Part shown: positions 53,385 through 63,420 of the stretch, one piece after another
How the letters are laid out: every line of letters begins with the position of its first letter
Position numbering within the stretch: position 1 is the first letter of the stretch
Assembly (NCBI RefSeq): GCF_964213995.1
Contig: NC_135829.1
Location: forward strand, 6,696,001 to 6,760,000
Source of the DNA: Mustelus asterias
Lineage: Eukaryota
Length of the DNA stretch: 64,000 bases
Direction of reading: 5' to 3'
The notes under the pieces: generated by a model
Told to the model about the DNA's origin: nothing
Database searches by the model: none
The model's input: only the letters and a program-made list of their open reading frames with translations
Program-made: the position numbers and the translations under genes

Positions 53385-53900
53385 CACTACAAGCTCACTG
53401 ACTCCCATAGTTACCTTGACTATACATCCTCATGCATCACTTCCGGCAAGGGCTTTATTCCATTATCACATTTTCTCCATCTCCACTGCATCTGTTCTGA
53501 TGATTTTCATACCAATGCTACTAGTATGTCTTCCTTTGGACTCAACTGATGATTCCCCCCCCCCCGCAATTCCTGGAAGCCCATCTCTCCTCACCACAAT
53601 AGACAAGACCCTTTATCACATCTGCTCCATTTCCTGTGCTTCTGCTCTTGCCCCTTCCCCTCACTCCCAGAAATGCAATCATTTTCTTCTTGGTCTCACA
53701 TCCCACCCTACCAGCCTCCACATTCAACACATCATCCTGTGCCATTCCGTCACCTTCAGCATGACGCCACCACCAAACATGCCTTTCCCTCCCCCTCCTC
53801 TCTCAGGACTCTGAAGGGACCCTAACCTCGGTGATTTCCGTATCCACTCCTCAATCACTCCCAACACCAACTTCCTGCACTACTTTCTATCCAAATTGCA
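53385..53900 (+). mobile_element. Degenerate Penelope-like RT C-terminal fragment
   Basis: HYKLTDSHSYLDYTSS resembles the PLE YxKPTDxxxYLxxxSxHP motif; frameshifted downstream. Confidence 0.65.
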
Positions 53901-54162
53901 AGACGACATATTGCTCTAGAAAAACATGCCGAGTAAGATGTTATTCAAGAACAGCATGCGACACTCAACCGCTCAGTTCTAGAATGTGTGCCACTGTGCA
54001 ACAGCACCTTGATGTGAAACAATGTACTTTGTGGACAGGGAGTCTGTAACCAGGGTTAGCACAAAGTGGACAGAGGGAGAAAAGTAGACAGAACCAAACG
54101 TGGACAGTAAAAGATTCATATAATTGATGTAATTACTAAATATGTTTTTTTTTTAAACATAG

Positions 54163-54214
54163 GATTTTGCTCAGAGTTTGAGTCAGTCTGACAATAAACC
54201 TTCTCAACCGAGGG
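54163..54214 (+). CDS. SCAPER: SCAPER penultimate coding exon
   Basis: poly-T tract, catag|GAT...AGGG|gtaagt; 52 nt; DFAQSLSQSDNKPSQPR, phase 1 end. Confidence 0.9.
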
Positions 54215-54306
54215 GTAAGTATCACGCAATCGCTCTCCGTGCACTTGTCCTGAATAATGACAGCATCAATGTTCTGTTTAACAATTTGTTGTTGTTCCCA
54301 TTGCAG

Positions 54307-54413
54307 AGAAGGCCCCTGTAGCTCAAGACTACCTTGAATTCTCCAACCGGTTCCCCCGTGAGATGTGGGAGGATGCTCGGAAGTTTTTTTTAAACAAAGA
54401 GACAGTTTGTTAA
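54307..54413 (+). CDS. SCAPER: SCAPER last coding exon to the stop codon
   Basis: ttgcag|AG...TAA; (E)KAPVAQDYLEFSNRFPREMWEDARKFFLNKETVC*; resembles the recalled SCAPER C-terminus QDYLELANRFPQQAWEEARQFFLKKE. Confidence 0.93.
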
Positions 54414-54740
54414 GGATAAAATAAAAAGGGGGGAAAAGTACTCAACATCACAAAACATTAATTGATTTAAAACCTAGTCTTGTAATTCATCCACTGACAT
54501 TATGTTCTAGAATGTTCTTATATTTGATTTGCACAAATTGTATATAGTCCCTGTTGTACATATGATCATCATTGTAATCACTTTTTGACAATTTTTTAAT
54601 GTGAACCTTTCTAATGTATGTGCATATAGAATAACTCATTAGTTTTGGTTGTTTAGGGTGATACAGCAGTCCCCTGTGGAGTTCATCAACTAATTTTATT
54701 TATTAGAAGTATATCGGTGACTCAAATATGCTGATGACCC

Positions 54741-54746
54741 AATAAA
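54741..54746 (+). terminator. Probable SCAPER polyadenylation signal
   Basis: AATAAA about 330 nt after the stop, at the end of an AT-rich repeat-free 3' UTR, followed by a TGTGACTGTG GU-rich stretch. Confidence 0.6.
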
Positions 54747-54835
54747 ATTATTTATTTTCATCTGCACCAATGTGACTGTGCTGAGTATATGCTGAGATAT
54801 GTAGCCCACATGGTTCCACCAGCCTGTTTATACAA

Positions 54836-55159
54836 TCATAGAATCCTTACAGTGCAGAAGGAGGCCATTCGGCCCATTGAGTCTGCCCCAGACACAATCC
54901 CACCCAGGCCCTATCCCCATAACCCCGCATATTTACCCTGCTAATCCCTCTGACACCAAGGGATAATTTATCATGGCCAATCAACCTAACCTGTACATCT
55001 TTGGACTGTGGGAGGAAACCGGAGCACCTGGAGGAAACTCACGCAGACACGGGGAGAACATGCAAACTCCACACAGACAGCTACCCGAGGCTGGAAATCG
55101 AACTCGGGTCCCTGGCGCTGTGGGGCAGCAGTGCTAACCATTTGCTGCCTTGCCGCCCC
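54836..55159 (-). mobile_element. HE1 SINE
   Basis: full length, minus strand. Confidence 0.85.
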
Positions 55160-55261
55160 TAAATAGGCCATTAAATATGGGTCATGGCTGATCTTTGGCT
55201 TCAACTTCACTTTCCTGCCACTCCCCAGTATTTCTATGTTCCCTCCAGGAGGCTAAAGCTC

Positions 55262-55993
55262 GGTCTGTGCTCAGTCAGGACCCTGACCTTCCTGGTTGCT
55301 TGCCATTTTAACACACGATCCTGCTCCCATGCCCACATGTCTGTCCTTGGCCTGCTGCAATGTTCCAGTGAAGCTCAACACAAACTGGAGGAACAGCATC
55401 TCATCTTCCGGCTCGGCACCTTACAGCCTTCCGGCCTCAACATCGAATTCAACAACTTCAGATGATTCGCTCTACCCCACCTCGACCCCTTTGTTTTGAT
55501 TTAATTTAATTTTTTACTGTTGTCTAACTTTTATTTCTTTATTGTCTTTCCTCATTTTACTTCACCCCACCCTTTCCCCCTACTTCATCCCCCCTCTCTT
55601 ACCTTTTCTCCCCTTTTGCTTCCCTTTTTCTAAATTTTACCTCTCTCCCATCCATTCCTCCTCCCACCTCCCCCCACATCTTCATCTGTCACAGCTTACC
55701 CACTGATTTTAGTTTCTCTGCCGTTTGGCCATTCACACCTTCTATTCTCTCTGTGGGCTGCCATTAGCAGCCTTTTCCCCTACTTTCTGTGGCTATGACT
55801 CATGTTTCATTCCCTCCCCCTGCAGTATAAATACCTCCCACTTTCTATGGCTTTCAGCTTTGACAAAGGGTCATCTGGACTCGAAGCGTCAGCTCTTTTC
55901 TCTCCTTACAGATGCTGCCAGACCTGCTGAGATTTTCCAGCATTTTCTCTTTTGATCTCAGATTCCAGCATCCGCGGTAATTTGCTTTTATTT
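55262..55993 (+). mobile_element. Penelope-like element family B, 5'-truncated (GIY-YIG C-terminus, pyrimidine-rich 3' UTR, hammerhead remnant)
   Basis: VACHFN..HSH-like..EQHLIFRLGTLQPSGLNIEF; TSD AGGC(T/C)AAAGCTC (55250-55261 / 55994-56005). Confidence 0.85.
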
Positions 55994-56129
55994 AGGCCAA
56001 AGCTCTGCCTATCCCAGCCTTAAATAAGTTCAATGCTGGTGCATCAAAAACCCCAGAAGATTCCAGAGATTGGCAAACCTTTTAACGAAGAAATACCTCC
56101 TCATCCTAAATGATCCTTATCCTGAGACT

Positions 56130-56458
56130 ATTTTTCTATTTATTCATTCGTGGTACATGGGCGTCGCTGACTGAGCCAGCATTTATTGCCCATCCCTAGT
56201 TGCCGTTGTTCAGAGGGCAGTTGAGACTCACATGTAGGCCAGACCAGGTAAGGATGGCAGATTCCTTCCCTAAGTTAGTGAACCAGATGGGTTTTTCCGA
56301 CAATGGTTGCGTCAGTAGATTCTTAATTCCAGATATTTTTCACTGAAATCAAATTCCACCATCTGCCGTGGCGGGATTCGAACCCAGGTCCCCCAGAACA
56401 TTAGTTGAGTTTCTGGATTAATAATCTAGTGATAATACCACTAGACTATTGCCTCCCC
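56130..56458 (-). mobile_element. tRNA-derived SINE (same family as 30340)
   Basis: GGTTCGAATCCC B box on the minus strand; shared tail. Confidence 0.65.
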
Positions 56459-57460
56459 CCCATATTCTGGATTCCCCAACCAGGAGCAAGAGCTTCTGTG
56501 TCTACCCTGTCAAATCATTTCAGAATCTTATATGTTTCAATGATGCCACCTCTCATTCATCTAAGCTCTAGGGTATGTAGACCCAATTTACTTCAAGCCC
56601 GTAGCCTCCATGTGCATTATTCCCAAAATGTGAGTGAACCACGCTGATCTTAATGTATTTCTTTACTGGCTGGGAGAGCCTCTGGTTTTCCTCCCACAGT
56701 CTGAAAGATGTGCTGGTTAGATACATTGACCCGAACAGGCACCGGATTGTGGTGACTAGGGCAATTTCACAGTAACTTCATTGCATTGTTAATGTAAACC
56801 TTACTTGTGACTAATAAATAATGCACACATCAATTGCCCAACCCTAGTAATCATGCAAAGCTGCTGGGTTTTATAACAGGCTCACTGGGCTACTTCAGAG
56901 TCCTTTGAATTTCAAACCATTAGGCATAGACTTAGAATCAGGTGTCGACCAGACTGAATAGGGAGGCCAGATTCCTTCCCTGAAAGACGTCTATGAACCA
57001 GTTGATTGTGAACAACAGCTTTCACAGTCTTCTAGCAGTTATGGCCAGAACATGCCAGGTGGGGTTCTAACTGGCAGCTTCTGGGTCATTAATCCTGTAC
57101 CTTAACCACCTTGGTAAGAAGGAAGAGATTTTTCTATTTATGGAGTGCTTTTCATGATCAGCAGACATCTCAAAGCACCGTTACAAGCCAATGGAATAAT
57201 TCTTGACGTGTAGTCACTGTTGTAATGTAGGAAACACGGCAGCTAATTTACTCACAGCAAGTTCCCACAAACAGCAGTGTGATCATTACTGCATGATACA
57301 ATGTTTTTTTAGGATTAATGCCAGAGTCACTGAGTGTATAGTGAATAAGTTAAATTCTGCTCCAGGATCTGGGATTTCAGGATTTTTACCAAAGCTTTTA
57401 GAGGATATTCTGAAATTCCATCCAATTTCCACAAACTAGTGCCCCTGATCTTTAATGATC

Positions 57461-57990
57461 ATGATGTGGAGATGTCGGCGTTGGACTGGGGTGGGCACAG
57501 TAAGAAGTCTCACAACACCAGGTTAAAGTCCAACAGGTTTATTTGGAATCACGAGCTTTCGGAGCGCTGCTCCTTCCTCAGGTGAGTGGAGAGTTGGGTT
57601 CACAAACACAGCCTATATAGGCTAAGATACATTTGCAAGATAATGGTTAGAATGCAAGTCTTTGCAGGTACAGACAGTGCGAGTGGAGAGAGGGATAATC
57701 ACAGGTTAAAGAGGTGTGAATTGTCTCAAGCCAGGACAGTTAGTAGGCTTTTGCAAGCCCAGGCCAGATGGTGGGGTTACACAATAGTGTGACATGAACC
57801 CAAGATCCCGGTTGAGGCCGTCCTCACGCATGCGGAACTTGGCTATCAGTTTCTGCTTAGCGATTCTGCGTTGTCGTGTGTCTTGCAGGCTGTCTTGGAG
57901 AACGCTTACCCGAAGATCGGAGGCTGAATGCCCTCGACTGCTCCCCAACAGGAAGGAAACACTCCTGCCTGATGATTGTCGCACGCATGA
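57461..57990 (-). mobile_element. Penelope-like family A, single 5'-truncated arm with tail
   Basis: HSASDLRVSVLQ..QKLIAKFR..GLNRDLGF; TSD TTAAT(G/A)ATCATG (57452-57463 / 57991-58002); hammerhead on - at 57550-57584. Confidence 0.88.
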
Positions 57991-58552
57991 TTAATAATCA
58001 TGCAATGCTTAAGATTCAGAATTATCCTCAATTGTTACTGAACGTAAACCTTTCTGCATCATCGTTCCAACCTGTGTGTGTCCAGGTCTTGGTCTTTTAC
58101 CTGGTTCACTCAGTGGACCAGGCAAATGCACCAAAGCGGTTGTTGTATTTATTGCGACTGAAAGCAGAATCCCCCTCTTATTTTTGTGACACAGAGCCCT
58201 GGATCGCAGTGACATGTTGTTCTGTAGGATGCAGGTCTGTGCCTCCAGCCTACCCATGACAGAGTTCCCAAGCTCAGCTCCAGGTGGGAAGCACAGGTCA
58301 GTTTTCCCCAAAAGTAAGGAAGCCGAAGTCAGAACAATGTAGGTTGAGCTGGATTTCCGCTGAAGGGGCAGAAAAATCTAACACGATGTACTAGAACAGA
58401 GAAGACACCATTCAACCCCACAAGGCTGTCTATTTGTGACCAATTAATTCCACACCGCATCTACCTTATCACCAAGTTACAAGAGAATTGTCAACTAAGG
58501 CTGGTGTCCAGGGTAAATGACACATGAATTTTGAGAACAGATTATGTGAAGG

Positions 58553-59345
58553 TTAGAACCATAGAATCTCTACAGTGAAGACGGAGGCCATTTCGAGTCT
58601 ACACTGATTCTTCGACAGAAAGTCTTACACAGGCTCCCCCCACCCCCTCCCTGTAACCCCGCACATTTAACATAGCCAAACCACCGAACCTGCACATCTT
58701 TGGACACTAAAGGGCAATTTAGCATAGCCAATCCACCTAACCACATCTTTGGACACTAAAGGGCAATTTAGCATAGCTAATCCACCTAATCTACACATCT
58801 TTGGAGTGCAGGAGGAAACCGGAGCACCCGAAGGAAACCCTCGCAGACATGGGGAAAACGTGCAGACTCCGCACTGACTGTGACCCGATGCCAGAATCGG
58901 GCCCGAGTCCCTGGTGCTGTGAGGCAGCAGTGCTAACCACTGTGCCGCCGTAAGTGAAGAGAGGAAAAAATGCATTAAAATGGAAAATAAATCTTCGTTT
59001 GAAAATATAAAATGGAAGAAAAAACATGTACGATTTCTCTCCGCCTGGAGCTCAGTATTGAATAAATTCAGAGTTGCATTTATATAGCACCTTTCACAAC
59101 CTCAGGACACCACAAAGCCACTTACAGCAAACAAAGTACTTTTGAAATGTAGTCACTCGTTTCAAAGTAAGAAATGGGCAGCCAATTTGCACAAAGCAGG
59201 ATTCCACGGTGATAAAAACAGATGCTTTTTTTCTTGTGATATTAGTTCAGCGATAAACATTGGCCAGGGGAATGGAAGAAACTCCACTGGTCTTTAAAAG
59301 TATTGCCTTTGGACCCTTTACATCCATTGAGAAGACAGATGGAGC
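58553..59345 (+). repeat. Local segmental duplication copy 1 (HE1 on -, unique spacer, DeuSINE-like)
   Basis: unique spacer TAAGTGAAGAGAGGAAA...GGAGCTCAGTATTGAATAAATTCAGAG recurs at about 61724-61850. Confidence 0.85.
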
Positions 59346-59609
59346 CTCAGGTTTAACGTCTCACCCAAAACACAAGGAACAGATTTCATTTCTAGCTCAC
59401 AGACGTTAAGTACCCAAGAGATATAGTGCTGAAACATACAGATGCAGCGACATGCTGGTTTGATGCCTTGTCCGTGCTGATTTCAGGCAGGGCAGAGATG
59501 GACGGCCACAGTATTAAAATTGGATCTTACCTCTCTTGAGACCAGATAAGCAAACAGAGATGAGAGAAGCCAGAATAGTTATCTTTGGAGCAGAGGTTAT
59601 GGGGAGATT

Positions 59610-60667
59610 TAGAACCATAGAAAATTACAGCTCAGAAACAGGCCTTTTGGCCCTTCTTGTCTGTGCCGAACCATTTTTTGCCTAGTCCCACTGACCTGCA
59701 CTTGGACCATATCCCTCCACACCCCTCTCATTCATGAACCCGTCCAAGTTTTTCTTAAATGTTAAAAGTGACCCCGCATTTACCACTTTATCCGGCAGCT
59801 CATTCCACACTCCCACCACTCTCTGCGTGAAGAAGCCCCCCCTAATATTCCCTTTAAACTTTTCTCCTTTCACCCTTAACCCATGCCCTCTGGTTTCTTT
59901 CTCCCCTAGCCTCAGCGGAAAAAGCCTGCTTGCATTCACTCTATCTATACCCATCAAAATCTTATACACCTCTATCAAATCTCCCCTCAATCTTCTACGG
60001 TCCAGGGAATAAAGTCCCAACCTATTCAATCTCTCTCTGTAACTCAGCTTCTCAAGTCCCGGCAACATCCTTGTGAACCTTCTCTGCACTCTTTCAACCT
60101 TATTTACATCCTTCCTGTAACTAGGTGACCAAAACTGTACACAATACTCCAAATTCGGCCTCACCAATGCCTTATATAACCTTACCATAACACTCCAACT
60201 TTTATACTCGATACTCTGATTTATAAAGGCCAATGTACCAAAGGCACTCTTTACGACCCTATCCACCTGTGACGTCACTTTTAGGGAATTCTGTTCAACT
60301 GCACTCTTCAGAGTCCTACCATTTACCCTGTACGTTCTACTTGGTTTGTCCTTCCAATGTGCAATATCTCACACTTGTCTGCGTTAAATTCCATTTGCCA
60401 TTTTTCAGCCCATTTTTCTAGTTGGTCCAAATCCCTCTGCAAGCTTTGAAAACCTTCCTCACTGTCCACTACACCTCCAATCTTTGTATCATCAGCAAAC
60501 TTGCTGATCCAATTTACCACATTATCATCCAGATCATTGATATAGATGACAAACAACAATGGACCCAACACCGATCCCTGCGGCACACCACTAGTCACAG
60601 GCCTCCACTCAGAGAAGCAATCCTCCACAACCACTCTCTGGCTTCTTCCATTGAGCCAGTGTCTAAT
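59610..60667 (-). mobile_element. CR1 LINE, 5'-truncated, with internal deletion
   Basis: GVPQGSVLGPLLF, KFADD, RPNLEYCVQFWSP; inserted in an older CR1. Confidence 0.92.
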
Positions 60668-60729
60668 TTAAAAGAGATGTTCAAAATTACAAATAGTTTT
60701 AATAGAATAAGTAAGAAAAATAGAATAAA

Positions 60730-61035
60730 CAGTCCAAAGATATGTAGATTAGATGGATTGGTCATGCTAAATTGTCCTTTAGTGTCCAAAGATGTGTCGG
60801 TTGAGGGGATTGGCCATGCTAAATTGCCCCTTATTGTGCAAAGATGTGCAGGTTAGGTGAATTGGCCATGCTAAATTGTCCTTTAGTGTCCAATGTAGAT
60901 TAGGTGGATTAACCATGGTGAATGTGTGGGGTTACGGGAATAAATCGGGGTGGGCCTGGCAAGGTGCTGTTTCGGAGAGTTGGTGTAGACTCGATGGGCC
61001 GAATTGCCTCCTTCTGCACTGTAGGGATTCGATGG
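60730..61035 (+). mobile_element. HE1 fragment with an internal ~55-bp unit repeated about 4 times
   Basis: (GTCCAAAGATGTG..GGTTAGGTGGATTGGCCATGCTAAATTG.CC.TTAGT)n. Confidence 0.75.
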
Positions 61036-62062
61036 TTTCCACCAGCAGAAGATCAGTTACCTGAAGACAGAAACTTAAGGTCACAATCAAAAGAACCAGT
61101 CCTATATGAGGGAGCATTAGGCAACCCTCTCCACTGCGAACCAACTATAGAAAACAATGGTGCCCATTGCATTTGGCCAATCCTCAGGCTTGGCTGGGAT
61201 ACAGGCAGTCTGACTGACTGATGATAGAGGAGAACTTGAGTGAGGAGAGAAAGGGGGTGGCCGCTATCTATTGAGCCGCACCCCAACAAAAGCTTGTGCT
61301 ATGTAGACAGGCATAGAATTTATAGATATGTGGGAAGAAATTACAAGTTTATAATCCAATTGTAAGATCCACACAGTTCAGAGCGATTTGTGAATCCCTC
61401 TTCTGAGCAATAATGAATAGAATGTGTAGTCATAGAATCCTACAGTGCAGAATAAGGCCATTCAGCCCATTGAGCCTGCACCAACCCTCTGACTGAGTAT
61501 CTTACCCAGGTCCCAACCCCCAATCTATCCCACACATTTACCATGGCTAATCCACCTAACCTACACATCTTTGGACTGTGGGAGGAAACTGGAGCACCCG
61601 GAGGAAACCCACGCAGACACGGGGAGAACGTACAAACTCCACACAGTCACCCAAGGCCAGAATTGAACCTGGGTCCCTGGTGCTGTGAGGCAGCAGTGCT
61701 AACTACTGTGCCACCGTGCCGCCCTAAGTGAAGAGAGGAAACATTACATTAAAATGGAAAATAAATCTTCCTTTGAAAATATAAAATGGAAGAAAAAACA
61801 TGTACGCTTTCTCTCTGCCTGGAGCTCAGTATTGAATAAATTCAGAGGTGCATTTATATAGCACCTTTCACAACCTCAGGAACATTACAGCCAATGAAGT
61901 ACTTTTGAAGTGTAGTCACTTGTTTCAATGTAAAATGGGCAGCCAAGTTGCACAAAGCAAGATTCCACATGATAAAGACATGATTTTTTTTTGTGATGTT
62001 GGTTGAGCGATAAACATTGGTCAGGGCATCAGAGGAAACTCCACTGGTCTTTAAAAATACTG

Positions 62063-63191
62063 ATGGTAGCCATGATGTGGAGATGTCGGCGTTGGACGGG
62101 TGGGCACAGTAAGGAGTCTCACAACTCCAGGTTAAAGTCCAACAGGTTTATTTGGTAGCACAAGCCACTAGCTTTCGGAACGCTGCTCCTTCGTTAGGTA
62201 AGTGGGAGTTCTGTTCACAAACAGGGCATATAAAGACACAAACTCAATTTACAAAATAATGGTTGGAATGCGAGTCTTTACAGGTAATCAAGTCTTAAAG
62301 GTACAGACAACGTGAGTGGAGAGAGGGTTAAGCACAGGTTAAAGAGATGTGTATTGTCTCCAGCCAGGACAGTTAGTGAGATTTTGCAAGCCCAGGCAAG
62401 TCGTGGAGGTTACAGATAGTGTGACATGAACCCAAGATCCCGGTTGAGGCCGTCCTCATGTGTGCGGAACTTGGCTATCAGTTTCTGCTCAGCGATTCTG
62501 CATTGTCGTGTGTCGTGAAGGCCGCCTCGGAGAATGCTTACCCGAAACGTTACCGGGTACACGGTACATACTCTTGCAACTCGGCCAACGTTGTCTACCT
62601 GATACGCTGCAGGAAAGGATGTCCCAATGCATGGTACATTGGGGAAACCATGCAGACGCTACGACAATGGACAAATGAACACCACTCGACAATCACCAGG
62701 CAGGAGTGTTCTCTTCCTGTTGGGGAGCACTTCAGCAGTCATGGGCATTCAGCCTCTGATCTTCGGGTAAGCGTTCCCCAAGGCGGCCTTCACGACACAT
62801 GACAGCGCAGAGTCGCTGAGCAGAGACTGATAGCCAAGTTCCGCACACATGAGGACGGCCTCAACCGGGATCTTGGGTTCATGTCACACTATCTGTAACC
62901 CCCACGACTTGCCTGGGCTTGCAAAATCTCACTAACTGTCCTGGCTGGAGACAATACACACCTCTGTGCTTAACCCTCTCTCCACTCACATTGTCTGTAC
63001 CTTTAAGACTTGATTACCTGTAAAGACTCGCATTCCAACCATTATCTTGTAAATTGAGTTTGTGTCTTTATATGCCCTGTTTGTGAACGCAACTCCCACT
63101 CACCTGATGAAGGGGCAGTGCTCCGAAAGCTAGTGGCTTGTGCTACAAATAAACCTGTTGGACTTTAACCTGGTGTTGTGAGACTTCTTGT
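62063..63191. mobile_element. Penelope-like family A, long fold-back element with GIY-YIG endonuclease fragment
   Basis: YSCNSANVVYLIRCRKGCPNAWYIGET..EHH..GEHF (GIY-YIG with CCHH); arms about 62105-62546 and 62762-63189 are inverted; TSD TTTAAAAATACTG (62050-62062 / 63192-63204). Confidence 0.92.
63101..63135 (+). ncRNA. Minimal type I hammerhead ribozyme motif
   Basis: cac-CTGATGA-aGGGGCagtGCTCC-GAA-AGCT-A-gtg. Confidence 0.7.
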
Positions 63192-63420
63192 TTTAAAAAT
63201 ACTGCCATTGGATCCTTTATATCCAGCTGAGAAGACAGATGTACAAGCCTGTGGGCGATGACAAGAATTCAGGTGTTCTTATCTACTTTAGCGAAGTTTT
63301 ATAATTTCAGGATATAATTTATGTTTCCACGCTAACTACACATCACTAAAAAATCTTGCATATGTGCACAAATCCTGTTGCCATGAGCATTACGGAATTT
63401 TAATGTTAATGTTAACATCT

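Larger units (their letters stand above)
61430..63240 (+). repeat. Local segmental duplication copy 2, interrupted by the PLE at 62063-63191
   Basis: collinear with 58553-59345 up to GAGAAGACAGAT. Confidence 0.85.

Noticed and set aside
455-61731. Recurrent short ORFs (AQWLALLPHSARDPGSIPG, VSAWVSSGCSGFLPQ) as a peptide family
   Set aside because: All are translations of HE1 SINE copies
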